Source of the DNA: Peribolospora baueri
Lineage: Eukaryota
Assembly (NCBI GenBank): GCA_029717555.1
Contig: JAMDHS010000044.1
Coordinates: 62,001 to 126,000, forward strand
Length of the DNA: 64,000 nucleotides
Direction: 5' to 3'
Part shown: positions 22,316 to 36,200 of the stretch, in pieces
Layout of the letters: each line of letters opens with the position of its first letter
Position numbering within the stretch: position 1 is the stretch's first letter
Position numbers and translations under genes: made by a program
The notes under the pieces: generated by a model
What the model was told of the DNA's origin: nothing
The model's database searches: none
The model's input: only the letters and a program-made list of their open reading frames with translations

Positions 22316-25008
22316 TTAGGCGTCCTCTTCGTCATGGAACAACTTGTTCCTCTTAGAGTCCCGTCCGAGACGGACCCTTGAGGACGCACTGAGATCATGT
22401 TCCTTCCTTAGCCCTGCAGTCGATGACGAAGGCTCCGGGAACGCTTCTTGACGCTTGTGCGAGGTATGAGCGGACGTCTCGTCGTCCGCCTGCGCGTATT
22501 CATGTGCGGCGCTGGACGCCACGGCGGACGCACCCGCCAGAGTGACGGCGTCCGCATACTGGTGGCAGCTAGAAGCGTGGATATACCAGTGGGTTGGCTC
22601 GCGCGCCGCAAAAGAGATCCATTTGCTGTTCGTCACGAGGAGCCAAAAGGGACGGAAAATAGATAGAATAAAATAAGAGTGAAAAAAATCCAGCGTCAGT
22701 TGGATCGCTCGATGTCTTTTGCATCGCGGGACAGCATCGTCCTCACTGGCATTCGTGGCAGAGCCCTTCGAGTTCACCACCGTCCCGCTTCGTGTTTGCG
22801 GAGCTCGCCGCCGCCGCCGATGAGCCTTCCGACATGGAATGCCTCGTTTTGAGGGGCAGCTCGAAAGGCAAGCACGACCGAGGTGAGATGCCGTGGACCC
22901 TGATCATGTGATAGCTTAGTCGCGAAACGGTCGAAGGACTGCAGTGTAAGCCAACAGAACGCGACAAAGGTAGGAATTATGACGAAAAACGGCCTCACCG
23001 AAACGAGCTATTTCTTAAATTGAGCCAGCCTCCTTTCCCGATACCGTTTGCGCCAGACCTCCTCGGATCGTCCCTGCACAGATCACACCACCCTTCTTTC
23101 GTGCCAGGTGCGGGCTTACCACTGGCGAGCTTGGCACCATAGCGGACCCACTGGGGAGTGTAGAGGTCCCCGGGAAACTTGGGGCGCTGCGTAGAAGGCT
23201 CGAGGTGCACCATCGAAGCTGGCTGCGAGAAGTCGGTCAGGGGAGGACCGATACCGAGGCGGAAGAGGGCGGGGCGTTTCGGAAACAGTACATTGGAGTT
23301 TGGAGCGCGCTTGATAGGGGCGCCGGGTGTCGCAGTGGGAGTTGCAGTTGGAGGAGGGACCGCAAAGACGAAAGAATTAGTTGCTTCCGGGTGCGGGCAA
23401 TCTTGGCCGTCCACCAAAGCGGGGTCGATGGTGAATGCTTCGTCCACGTCCTCGGAAGTGGCACTATCGATTGAAGTGAAGAATGAATGCACCCTTCCCA
23501 CAAACCCGACGCTCATAATCTAGCCAAGTCGACGAGAGCACTCACGTCTTGGCGCCTTCTCTGCCCCTCTTCTCAGCCGCTTTGAGCTTCGCCTTGCTCG
23601 TCTCCTCGAAATATTCGCTCTCGTCGCTCGTAAGCTCCGTCGTTTCTTGGTACTCGGAGCCAGAACTCTCCCAGCTGTACTCGCTCTCGCTCTGCGAGCG
23701 GAGACGCTTCCCCGAAGCCAGCCTCGTCTGGGCCGCATCAGGGCCGTTGCTCGACGGCGAGCCGCCTTCGTGGTCGTCCGACGACGGAGAAAGCGAGCTG
23801 GAGCCACTGTGGCGGGTGCGCCCGCTGTGTTTCCGGGATACCTGGTCACTACCTCGACACTCGCACTCCGGCGGACAGTGGGCGCGCGGCGTGCTGGCGA
23901 TCGAAGGCTGAGAGCCACCGTGCTGAAAGTGAGAGCTGCTAGGCCAAATAGGAGAAGACAGAGGATAAGGGTAGAAACGAGGGGGGAGGCTGTCCACGAT
24001 CGCGTTGCCCTTCGAGAAAGCTTCTTGTTGCTGGTACGCGTCAGCGGTATGGCCGGGCGGCGTCCCGTGGCTTGACGTATGGTTGTATGCGCCCTGAGAA
24101 GGGTGCGGCGTGAAGCTCTGCGCGAGAGGAGAGCTCTGTCCGTACTGCGAGATGAAACCGTACCCGGGCTGGTGGTAGGTATACCCATAGGCGAAAGGAT
24201 ACGGATGAGCACGAGCGGGAAGTGGAAGCGAGCGGCTTGGCAGAGAGGGCCGGCGCGCCAACTCGTTTGCATGCAGCGACGGAAGGTGTCCGCGCGGCAC
24301 GTAAGGGACGTACGTGTTCCCCTTGGGGATGCGAGAGTCCGTCGAGCCGTTGACCGGCAGCGAGAGCCTTCGGGGTATTTCCTCCGAGGTCACACCGCCA
24401 GGAATACGGCTGCATAAGCTCTCCTGGCCCGGACGGGTGGGTGCATGCGCCAAGTGAGCCTTCCCGATGACGTCGGGAAAGTATTCGAGATGGCGGCGTG
24501 AGGCGCCTGCGTGCAAGGGTTGACGATCAGAAGGATCTTGCCTTTCCAGTGGGGACGCCGATCCCTGCCGGCTTGTCGAGAGAGGCAGTCTGCTCTCCTC
24601 GATGCGAGCGCTGACGAGCGGATGATCGAGCAAGGAAAATGGGGTGCCCGGCCCACCCTCGCTAGAAGTGGCGTTGATGGTGTGCTGGCGATACGCGCTG
24701 TTGGCCAGGACGACATTTATATTGGGAAGGTTCGGACGTTTGCCCATCTGCGCTTGCGAAGGATCTTGAGCATCGAGCCCGTCGCGAGCAGGGTACTGGT
24801 CGCTGGGACTAACCGTGGACGGCAGGGGCAAGCTCGAACTGATCCGTTCGTCAACGCCGTTCTGAAGCAGCCTGCTATGGCCGTCCAGGAGCGGGGTGGA
24901 AACGCTATCAGCAGAGCTCGCTGCACTCTCTCCGCTTGTTGACTCGCAGGTGGAAGGCGTGCCATCACGCATTGTTGGATGGAGCACGATGGGAGGGAGA
25001 GGGATCAT
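22316..25008 (-). CDS. Transcription regulator with Rua1 C-terminal (DUF4451-type) Cys/His domain (4 exons)
   Basis: Long Ser/Pro-rich N-terminus, then PKFPGDLYTPQWVR...KEGWCDLC...GWLNLRNSSFRYHMIRVHGIS...GLCHECHKW...HWYIHASSCH, the pattern of the Rua1_C family. Introns are GT-AG. Confidence 0.8.
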
Positions 25009-25923
25009 GTCGTGTCGAAACGGAAAGAAATGGGCGGGGGAGATTGGAAGCTGGAAGAACAGAGGTAGTTGCCGAACGTGTCGGAGCGGAAGTGGGTGGG
25101 GGGATCTAGTGTTAAATAGAGAGAGAGGGTGAGTGAATGGAGGAAGTGCGGCCGACCCTCCTTGGCCTGGTCGGAAGGAGGGTGAGAGGGATGGGATGAC
25201 CTGAATAGGGACGAAGAGAACGAGAATGACAGATGGGGATGGACGGGAGCCGGAGGACGGGGAGGGGTGGTGGTGGAGAAATGGGAGATAAAGAGAAGAT
25301 AGGGAAGAGACGGCGAGGCGAAGTCGCCGTATATATGGGCGAGCGTCGACCGGACGAACCGGCTTGGCCGGTCCGAGAAGGGTTGAGTGGGTGGGACGTC
25401 AGCGCTTGCGATGTCGCTAGAGCTAGCGCGGGGGATGAGAACGAGGATCACTCCGGACAAAGAGAAAGCAGACTAGACGACGACAAGGACGGCCTAAAGC
25501 GTTTGGCAGCCGACATGGCTCAAGGGAAGACCCAAGTCGGCGCGACGAAAGGGAGGCGTAGGGCCCACCGCTTCGACGCGTCGCCAGAGGACGCGCGTGA
25601 GGTAGATAGATTAACGCGGTCACCCTGCAAGCCAAATCCATTCGCTTCGGAGATCGACGTCGTCCTCGGCATGCTTCGGCTGTGGTGGGCAGGACCAGGA
25701 GCCTTGTACCGGGGGGAGGCGGTGACACGGTGGGCTGACGTCGCGCGCCGCACTGGAGCGAGCAAGGTAACTTCGTCATTAGACAAGGGTAGCGAAGGGA
25801 GACCGTTTCCAGCCTGTACCTTACGCAGTGCAAAAGACGGAAGGAGTCGAGGACACCGCGATGATGCTACAACGGAGACTACGACATTTTCCGGCGCAGA
25901 GGACGACTCAGAGCGCATATACA

Positions 25924-26860
25924 TCACCGACGTCCGGGGCTTCGGCTCCTATTGCGCCCTCCTCCTCCGCCACCCCGCCGACCCCCTCGACCACCGCCAC
26001 GCCCACCGGCCGGACCGCTCGGTGGAGGCCGAACGAAGGCAAAATCGGCCTTGAGCTTCTGCTCCATAAGTGTGAGCCCCTCACCGGAGGAAGCGGCATC
26101 GATCGCGGCTTTCGCCTCGGCGAACGTCTCATATTCAACTAGAGCATAGCCCTGGAGGTAGTCAGGAAAGTATGGTCAGTTTTCCAAGTCCGACAGCAAA
26201 CTACCAGAGACCTCCGACCGATCCTACCTTCACGTAACCCGTCCTGCGGTCGAGGTTGAGGTGAAGGTTTTTGATCTCGCCAAAGTCGGCAAACTTGTCT
26301 TGCACATCATCCTCTGTCGCCTCCTCGTGCACGTTTGTCACCAGCACAATCCAGCCCTCTACAGCTGTGGAAGAAGGACAACGTTCAGCAAAGCGACCGT
26401 CCACCAGTCGAGAAATGACGTAGCAGCTCCGAGGCAGCAAGAGGTTTCCTCACATCGTGCTGCTCGACCTGATCCACCGTCCAGCCTATCGAAGAGGTTC
26501 TTTGACCTAACGCCCTCATCGTTGCCTACAAACGCGTGATTGAGGAATGCGGAAATCAGCTGAACCCCCACTGGAAGATTCCGGTGACACTCCCATTCAT
26601 CATAATACTCACTGCCCTCTGCCTTAAAACCGCGCCCTCTTCTTTTGACGTTCGAATCTGAGCGGACAGAAACAAGATAGTAATGAGCGCAAGTCTTCTC
26701 GCTGCGCACGCGTTCACAGAGCCAGCCATCCATCGCTGGACTCGTCCGTCCTTTTGCGTCCGACCCTCCTGATGATCGATCACTCACCATCCTCGACCTG
26801 CATGGCGACATCCCCATCGCCGTTGTTGGACATGTCGATCTCGTAGTCCTGTTCGGTCAT
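25924..26860 (-). CDS. RBM8A: Exon junction complex RRM protein Y14/RBM8A
   Basis: Motifs [62 protein letters not shown], and a C-terminal RG/RS tail (RSRSPGRR). Five exons join in frame. Confidence 0.95.
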
Positions 26861-27012
26861 CTTGGCCTTTCCTAAAGTTGCCGGGTAAAAGCGATGGAAG
26901 TAGAGCTGAACCGATGGCTTGTACGGCAGTGGACATTCCACGACGATCCCTGGCGCTGGGCGGCGATCAGCGGTAGTGAGAGCGTGGGAACTCTACGTTG
27001 CTGCGGCGAGGA

Positions 27013-27054
27013 ACGCGTTGAGGAGCGCGTTCGTGACCGCGTTTAGAGGCGCGC
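27013..27054. promoter_or_regulatory. MCB-like (ACGCGT/CGCG) element cluster in the RBM8A/POL1 divergent promoter
   Basis: ACGCGT at 27013; CGCG cores start at 27014, 27026, 27038 and 27050. MCB control of POL1 is established in yeasts. Confidence 0.65.
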
Positions 27055-27201
27055 CTCAAGAGGGGAACGAGAGAACCGATCATTCAACCTCCTCTCACCT
27101 CTCACTTCATCCTCCAGCTCCTTCGTCTCCAGTCTCGTCATCTCCAGTCCCTTCGTCTTTTTCATTTTCTATCTGGACTCTGCTACTGTTATAGAACAAA
27201 T

Positions 27202-30200
27202 ATGACCAGCACGGGCCGTCGCAGCGCTCTCGCTGAGCTCAAGGCCCTCAGGGAGGGAGGAGGCAGGCGTACGAGGAAGCTGGAGGTGCGTCCTGCTCCT
27301 ATTTGCCAGCTAGTTTCGCGACCAAATTTCCGCCTCAGATGCTCACTCGTGTCCTTTTATGCATTCAGGAGAAGGATGACACGCTCTACGACGAGCTTTC
27401 CGAGGAGGACTACAAGTCTGTCGTCCGAGGTCGCCTTATGGAAGACGACTTTATCGAAGACGACGACGGCAGCGGTTACGTTGACAACGGCATGGATGAC
27501 TGGGACCACCATGACCACAATAATTCGGAGGACGAGGATAGTGAGAGCCCAGAGGAATATTTTCAAAGAACGGGTCGGAAGAAGCGTAAGTGTCTCACCC
27601 CGCGACTGTTGTCGAATGTGTCCTCTCCCATCTCTTTCTCTGAACGCTTTCCGACAATTCTTAACAGCTAAGAAGAAGAAGAACGCGAAGAGCAAGCCCA
27701 CCGACGCGCGCAACACCATTGGAGCCGCATTTTCTCGGCAACCAGCACGACGGCCCAGTACAGGTCTCGCTCCGTCACGCGATGCAACCAAGGCGCGGGA
27801 CACGTACAGTAACTACAAGAAGGCTCCAAACGTGAGCAAGGCGCAGGAGGAAGACTTTATGGCCAATCTTCTTGGCGGGCTGGACTCGAACGCGTCAGCA
27901 ATTGCGTCTCCCAGTCTCGGCCGGAAGCGCAAGCCTCCCCACGACGCGTCCTACGCGGACGGCACCTTCACCGCTTTTCGGACCGCTTCTAGGGGTGCGC
28001 GATATTCGAGCCCCACAACGGGCCCATCGAGCGATCCAGCGGAACCTCAAAGCGACAGCCCGGGTCCGGATGTGCGCGTCGCCGGCGACAGCTATGATGC
28101 AAGTGACGACATATTTCATCCTGGTCCATCGGCGACGAAGAAGATGCGTGCCCTCTCAGTATCCGGCAGAACGAGGCAAGATGATGTCGATGTCGATGAC
28201 GACACCGACGTCCTGATGATGGATGACCCTTCCATTGACATGGGAGGGTCGTCTCCTCTCGCCGCAGCCAGTAAACTTCCCAAAGTGAATGTCAAGGCGG
28301 AGCCGGAGGAGGACGTGGTGACCTTCAAGCCAATCGCTGCCGGGCCCGCCGCGAACTCTCGCCGGATCAGGGCCAACGCCGCCGGCGTGGCGGCCGTACG
28401 CAAACCCGTGGTACCTGTCCAGCCCAAGGCTGAGGCCAAGACAGAACCCAGCTGGGTGCGAGTGCACGAAAGCCTAAATGCTACGTCTGCTACCATCGGA
28501 ATGGAGGCCGGAGTTGCGGCCTCTGAATCACCGTCCAATGCCAAGGTAGGACCGACGATTTCGACGGTCCCTTCCGCCGCTGGCGCCAAAGTGAATGCGC
28601 TCGAGCCGGATGGCACCTTGCGCATGTTCTGGATCGACTTCCTCGAGAACGATGGCATCGTCTACCTTGTCGGCAAGATCCAGGACAAGGACACGAAGAA
28701 GTGGGTTAGCTGCTGCCTCACTGTCAACGGGATTGAGCGCAACTTGTTCGTTCTACCAAGGACTCGCAAGTTCAGTGAGTAAACCTTTAGAGATGTCAGC
28801 AAGCCCTGTCCCTCACTGCATCGCTAATTCCACCCTTTCTCATGTCGGTCCGCAGAGCAAGGCCATGAGACTGACAAACCAGTCTCGCAGGACGACGTGT
28901 ACGACGAATTTGACAAGACGTGCTCCAAAGCCAGCATCACTGAGTGGCAAGCCAAGTGGGTTACTCGCAAGTACGCTTTCGAGCTTCGGGATGTTCCGCA
29001 GGAGGCCGAGTACCTCAAGGTCGTCTACAGCTTCAAACGTGTGTTAATTACCCTTCTCAGGAGGAATCGATGGTGACGGCTGATCTCATGGCATTGCTTC
29101 CTCGCTCCTTTCCCCACCGTCAGAACCCCAATTGCCTCTCGACGTCTCTGGCTCTACCTTCTCTCGTGTCTTCGGCACGAACACGTCTGCCTTTGAGCTT
29201 TTCGCCCTCAAGCGCAGGATCATGGGCCCGTGTTGGTTGGAGATCAAGTCACCGCTCATCGAGAACGAAAACAAGGCCTTGTCGTGGTGCAAACTGGAAG
29301 CGAGCGTCTCGGATCCCAAGGACGTCAACCCTTTCCCGGAGACAGATCCTCACGCTCCCAAAGGGACTCCTCCTTTGACCATCATGAGCCTGAGCGCGAG
29401 GACGGTCGTCAATCACAAAGAGAACAAGCGCGAGTTGGTGTGCGCCAGCACCCGTGTCTGGCACGATAGTGAGTTTCCTATCTCATCTCGAGCTCGCATT
29501 GAACGCACTGACAGCAATCGCTGGAACCTTTATCAGCCAACATCGATGACCCTGCACCACCTGAAACATTGCCTTGCTCCGTCTTCACGGCCGTTCGACC
29601 GCTCGGGTCGAGTTTCCCGGCTGGGTTCGAAAAGGCAGCCAAGCAGGGCCGCACCGCTATCACTACCGCCAAATACGAACGTATGGTGCTCAACCAGCTC
29701 TTGGGTAAGTTGGAGTCTGGCGTTGGATCGGAAAGTGCATTCGGCTCACTCGATACGACTTTTCTTTCCCTTCAGCTCAAATCTATCGCGATGACCCCGA
29801 CGTAATCGTGGGACACGATTTCTGTGGTGTCACGCTCGACGTTCTCCTGGCTCGCATGCGAGATCTTAAAGCTGAACACTGGTCTCGTATCGGCCGCTTC
29901 CGTCGCGCAAAATGGCCCAAGATGACCCAAGGTCGGAACCTCAAACTTCTTGCAGGACGCCTCGTGTGCGACTTGGCGTCGGACAACAGCAAGAGCATGA
30001 TTAGTTCGACTACCTGGTCGCTCTCTGAAATGGTCGACACCCATCTCAAGCTTAAGCGGGAGGACATCGATCCTGACGAAACGGCAGAGTTTTTCGACTC
30101 TTCCCTGCCAGGCCCCGATCGCCTCCTCCACTTCGTCCGCCACTGCGAGGTCGACACATACTTTCAGATGGCTATCGCGAACCGCGTTCAGATCTTGCCT

Positions 30201-32677
30201 CTCACGAAGCAGCTCACCAATTTGGCGGGCAATTCGTGGAACAGGACGCTCAATAGCGGTCGCGCCGAACGGAACGAGTACATTCTTTTGCATGACTTCC
30301 ATCGGCGAAAGTTTATCTGCCCGGACAAGGTTGCGGCTTGGGAGAAGCGCGAGGCCGCCGCCAAGGCGAAAATGGGGGGAGAGGACGGCGATGAGGACAG
30401 TGGGACCAAGAAGGGCGGTGCGGGAAAGAAGGACAAATTCAAGGGTGGCCTGGTTTTCGAGCCTAAGCGAGGCCTGTGGGACAAGTACATCCTCGTCATG
30501 GATTTCAACTCGCTCTACCCGTCAATCATTCAAGAGTTCAATATCGATTTTACAACGGTGGACCGATCTTCGGAAGACGTAAGTGTGCCCCCCCGGATTG
30601 TCTCGACGAACGTGATCTGACGTTCTTCATCGTCGATTCTGCTTCAGTATGAGGATGTTGAGAACGTACCAGAGGTTCCGTCCTCCGATGCTCTGCAAGG
30701 TGTGCTTCCGGGCCTCATCGCCACGCTCGTCAACCGGCGTAGGCAAGTCAAGAGCTTGATGAAGGACCGCACTGCGACGCCCGCCAAGCTCCTCCAGTAC
30801 GACATCAAGCAAATGGCGCTCAAGCTGACGGCCAACTCGATGTACGGCTGCTTAGGCTTCGAGAACTCGCGGTTCTACGCTCGTCCACTGGCGGCGTTGA
30901 CGACGTTCAAAGGTCGCGAGATTTTGACCCACACGAAGGAGCTCGCCGAATCGCTATCGCTTGATGTAAGCGCCGATCCGAAGTTACGATCCGATGAGAA
31001 CTAGCTTGTTTACTTTAGGCCATCCATCTCTTGCTCAGGTCATCTACGGTGACACCGACTCGGTCATGATCAACACCAACGCCACTAACCTTGCCGACGC
31101 GACGAAGATAGGCAACGAGTTCAAGAAAAACGTCAACGACCGATACAGGCTGCTCGAGATTGACATCGACGGCGTGTTCCAGCGTATGCTTTTGCTGCAG
31201 AAGAAGAAGTATGCCGCGCTCAAGGTCGATGAAAGCGGGAAGACGAGCACGGAAATCAAAGGCTTGGACATGAAGAGGAGGGAATACTCGAAACTTAGCA
31301 AGGATGTCTCAGAGTGGGTTAGAGATACCGGTCTTCTCATCGGAGCCACCTGATCACTAAAGCGGACGATTTGCTCTCGTATTATTCTTCCAGGCTCGTC
31401 CTTGGCGAGATTCTTTCCGGCGAGCCAACGGAGGTGGTCGTCGAGAAGATACATGACCACCTCATGGCCATTGGCAACAAGGTGCGGGAAGGAGCGATCC
31501 CCCTCGATGACTTCATCATCTACAAGCGTCTCGGCAAGGACCCAGGCGCCTACCCGGACGCCAGGAGCCAGCCGCACGTCCAGGTGGCGATGCGGATGTT
31601 GCAGAAAGGCAACTCGGCGAGGGCGGGTGACGTGATCCCGTACATCTTCTGTCTTGGCGAGGACGGCACGAGCGCGAGCAAGACGGCGCAGGCGGACCGG
31701 GCGTTCCATCCTGACGACCTACGGCGGAAGGACTCGGCTCTGAAGATCGACTTTGAGCACTACCTCAGTCTGCAAATCCTTCCTCCCGTAGAGAGATTGT
31801 GCGAGTCGATCGAGGGCACTGACAGGGCCAGGCTCGCCGAGTGCCTTGGTCTCGACCCATCGCGCTATCAGAGCTACAGCCACGTCGGCGGCGGGGACCA
31901 TGATGGCGCCCGGCAGTTCTTTACGCTCGAGAGCCAGATGTCGGACAAGGACCGATTCAGGGAGTGTGAAAAGATGAAGTTCAGGTGTCGGTCTTGCAAG
32001 TCTGAAACTCTGTTCGGAGGCCTGCTCGAGGATCCGGTAAGGCACTAACTCGGTGATGGTTGCATGTCGTCTGGACGTCCACATTGACCCACATGTTTCG
32101 CCTCGAAATTTGCGCGCAGTCCTCGGTCGTCCGTCCTACGGGCCTTCATTGTCCCTCGTGCGCGGAAACCTTCAACCTCGCGTCGCTACGCGTCCAGCTG
32201 GACCTGCTCATCAGGGCACACATTGCACGCTATTACGAGGCGTGGCAAGTATGCGACGAGCCTTCGTGCGGCACTCGGACGCGCATGATAGGCGTTTACC
32301 CGAGGCGATGTCTTGTCAAAGGCTGCAAGGGCCGCACCCAGGCCGAGTACGGGAATCGCCAGTTGTACGATCAGCTCGTGTACTGGGAGCGGTGTTTCGA
32401 CGGGACCAGAGCTAGGGATGCCGCCAAGGGGAGCGCTCGATTTGGTGAGCCTTCCGTCCTCCTTCCTCTGGCGATGGTTTGGGCAGAACCGGAGCTCGCT
32501 GACTGGGATCGAGTTCTTGTCATTCGCACAACTCTTCTAGACGAAATCCAAGCGCTCGAGTCGCAAAACCGGCAGGCCTTGGCAGCGCTCCGCGATACCG
32601 TGCAGAAGTACCTGGACAAGTGCGGCCGGCGGTACGTGAGCATGGCGAGCATGTTCCAGTTTATGCTTAAGGTGTGA
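27202..32677 (+). CDS. POL1: DNA polymerase alpha catalytic subunit (multi-exon)
   Basis: N-terminal [16 protein letters not shown]; family B motifs [31 protein letters not shown] and [12 protein letters not shown]-terminal CRSC/CPSC and CDEPSC/CLVKGC zinc-binding motifs. Confidence 0.97.
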
Positions 32678-33273
32678 ACGAGTGGGTGCAGCTGGTTCTC
32701 GGGCGAGAGGGAGGCGCGGGCGATGTGACGTTCGTCCGCAGTCCCCTTTCCGTGGTTTTCTTGTCTGGGGCCATAAAGGGCTAGCCTAGCTGCGCGGATG
32801 CGGTGGGCAAGCTCCATTTACACACAGTTCATCGTCGCTCTTGGCACGTCTGTATATATGTACGATACCCGTCTGCTGTTGAATGGACTCAGAAGGCACC
32901 CCAAGGGGCGTAAATAGCATAACGATGGGTGAGGTGAGGACGCACGACCTAAGCCGACTCAGACAGCGTGTAGGGTTACGCGGGACGGAGGTTGCCGCAG
33001 CCGGCCACCGGTGCTGGTGCTGCTGCAGCTCGCTCGCAATGACGGCTCTTTCGCCGGCGCCACCACCACCATCTATCTCTCATCCATCGCCCATCACCCC
33101 CAGCACACGTCCGCCACTTCCCCATCCATCTCCCCTCGTTTAGCATCACACCAGACGGCCACATAACACCCCCTCATTGACGTATGGACTCCGACCGCCG
33201 CGCCTTCCTAGTCCTCGCCGTCTTGCCGTTCGCGGTCTCGGCCGCTTTCGACGCCTGAGTTCTTCAAGTCCTT

Positions 33274-36200
33274 ATGCCAATGGACGACGAGTTGGACGCC
33301 GAGCACCGTCATACCGCTTCCGTCAGCAACACCCCTCCCTCTCGTCGCTTCCCCTCTACTTCTGCTTCTTCTTCTTCGTCCCTTCGTGTCACTCGCAGTT
33401 CCGCCGCTTCCAATAGGTCCGCTACCGCCTTACCCGCCGTTGCCTATTCCACCCCAGCCAACGCTAGCAACTCGGATCGCCTGAGCGACACCACTACCTC
33501 TTCCTCGACCACCGCCTCTACCAGACACACCTCGCTGTTCTCCGCCTCTCCCATCTCATCCACCATAGCATCCTCGCTCTCCTTCCCGGCATCCACGTCC
33601 ACCGCCGTCGTCAAGCGCAAGAGGACCAGGGGCGAGGAGGAGGACGCGGACAGGTTGACTTTGACGCCCGACTCTAACCTTCCCACAACTCGCAAAGGAA
33701 AGAGCGGAGCCAAGGCGACCTCTTCCCAAACCACTGCTTCGAAGCGGTGAGTGCCTCTTTGGTTTTTCTCACCCTTCGTGAGTCGCATAAAAAATCCTCA
33801 TGCATCTGTGTCCCTCCTTTCTATCAACTCTGCAGAGTGCGCAAAACGAGTGCTACCGCGTCCGTCGTCGTTTCTTCGTCAAAAGGTAAAGGAAGGAAGC
33901 GTCCGGTTTCCCCCTCCAGCCCACCCTCGCCTGCACCCGCCACCCGCGGCAAACGCCAGAAGGTCGCCACCGGCGCTTACAACCTTCGGCCTCGTACTAA
34001 CGAAAGATCGACTCCGTCTGCGCCTAGCGGATCGTCGACCCGAAACAAGATGGCCGGCAAGATGGCGGACAAGAAGGCGTCGTCCACGTCGATGACGACC
34101 GAAAGCCCGTCTGCCCGGAAGGGCAAAGGTAAGGCCAAGGCTAAGGCAGCTCGCCCTCTCCAAGCCTCCGAAACTCGCCAAGCAGAGGCCGGACCATCTA
34201 CTTTCGGTGCTCCTGATGATGAGAAGAAAGAGTCAGACGAGGAAATGCGCGGCGGCGACATGGAAGTGGACGACGAAGGAGAGGACGACCATTTCGAGAT
34301 CGAGGAGGAGTGGCAAGACGAAGACGAGGAGTGTGAAGGGGAAGGAGAAGCGCACGATGGCGAAGACGTTGACGAAGGCGAGGAGGACTCGTTCGATGAA
34401 GACGACGAGGACATTGACGAAGAGGACGTCGGAGCATACGGAGACGAGGACGACGGGCCGTTCGGTGGTTCTGGCGCCGGCGGTCACGATGGCTCTGGAT
34501 ACGGCTTGCATCTACGCGCTTTTTCCGGCTACGTGTCCGGCTTGAATGCCAGGTTCCGCAAGTTCCTTACCCAGCTTCGCGACTCCAAAAACCCCTACGA
34601 ACAGCTCGAAGGCCTTCAGCAACTCGCGGAGGTGCTGAGCATGAGTACCGAAGACACCCTTTCGCCTTATTTCCCGCTCAACGACTTCGTCAAGGAACTC
34701 ATCTACCTCCTTGGCGGGCCCAAGCCGGAGCGGCCTCGAGCCTCGCGCAGGTCTGGCGCCGCCGCCTCTACCGACTCTGCTGGCGAAGCTGCCGATACGA
34801 CAGCGCCGGATGATGTGGATGACGAAGCTGCCATTGCCATCGCAAGAGCTTCGATGGGCGAGGACGCAAAGGTGCAGATGGAGCTACTCGCTTGTCGCTG
34901 CCTTGCCAACCTCATGGAAGCCCTGCCGGGCACCGCACCCATCGTCGTCAGCCACAAGGCTGTCCCAGTTCTCGTAAGCAAGATGACCGAGATCGCCTTT
35001 ACTGGCGTTCTCGACGTAGCCGAGCAGACTCTCAGCGTGAGTTGCCGGGTCTTTTTCTTTCCGCGTCTTCCATAACGAGGTCCATGCCAAACACGTTTCA
35101 TTCCCGCCTCGCATACAGACTCTCGAGAAGGTTTCTGAGGAACGTCCATCCGAGATAGTCAAGGAAGGGGGCCTTTCAGCCTTGCTTAACTACCTCGACT
35201 TTTTCAGCACCCACGTCCAACGTACTGCGCTGACGGCAGCCGCCAACTGCTGCCGTAAAGTCTCGCCTGAGTACTTCCCGATGGTGCGCGACGCCATTCC
35301 AAAAATTCAGGAGGTCCTCGGCAACCCGGACCAGCGCCTTGTAGAACAGGCCTGCCTCTGCGTCGTCCGTGTCATCGAAAGCTACCAGCATCACGTTGAC
35401 AAGCTTGAGGAGCTGCTCGTGTCTCCTCGCGATGACAAGGTGCCTTCGAGCACGCTCCTGAACGCCGTCAACGCACTCCTTTTACCGTCTAGCTCGGCGT
35501 CTTCCACCACAAACACGTCGATCTCCACCTACACCTATGCTCAGCTCTTGCATGTGTTGAGCATCGCCGTCAAGGCCTCCCCGACCGTCGCGGTGCACTT
35601 GCTCGAGATGAACGTGGTCGAGACGCTCTACAACCTCCTCACCGGCTACCCGCCTCCCGCCGCGAACGAGCCCGTGCAGTTGCCGGTAGCCGAACCCGAT
35701 TCAGCTAACGCTGACGGCCAGACGAACGCGGAGAAAGCTGCGGTTGCGGTCACGAACGGAGGTCGCGGCGTGACGGTGGCTGACATGGCCGTCCTTCAGA
35801 ACTTGGCCAACAGACCCAAGGAGCAGATTCAAGAGGCTTTGAGCTTGGTCTGCGAGTTGTTACCGCCGTTGTCCAAGGGTGAGTCTTGCTCCCATGTTCG
35901 AGTGGTCAGATGTCTTGAGCGTCATCCTGTTTGAACCGTTATCTGAGGACGGCCTTGCTGATTGATCCACAGATGGCGTGTTCGACCCGAAAACCTACAC
36001 CGAGAAGGGACTTCGGAGGGCAAGACACAAGGCTGAGAAGGAGCGTGCTGCTTCTAAAGAGAAGGGAAAAGCGAACGTCTCCGCACCCGAAGGCTCTCCT
36101 GCCGCTCCTCACGTCGACGACCAAGCCGCGCCCGGTCCGTCCAGCAAGGCCGGGCCTTCCGCCTCTTCCGAACGGGCCGAGCGTGACGCCGAGAAAGAAG

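Noticed and set aside
22916..22943. Regulated alternative acceptors in the Rua1-like gene (CAG versus AAG, 24 nt apart, in frame)
   Set aside because: The upstream CAG lies very close to the likely branch site and would insert 8 aa into the conserved motif; use of the distal site alone is the simpler explanation.
25233..26054. 273-aa plus-strand ORF
   Set aside because: No recognisable motif; it overlaps the RBM8A 3' end in antisense and the Rua1-like upstream region; likely a GC-rich shadow.
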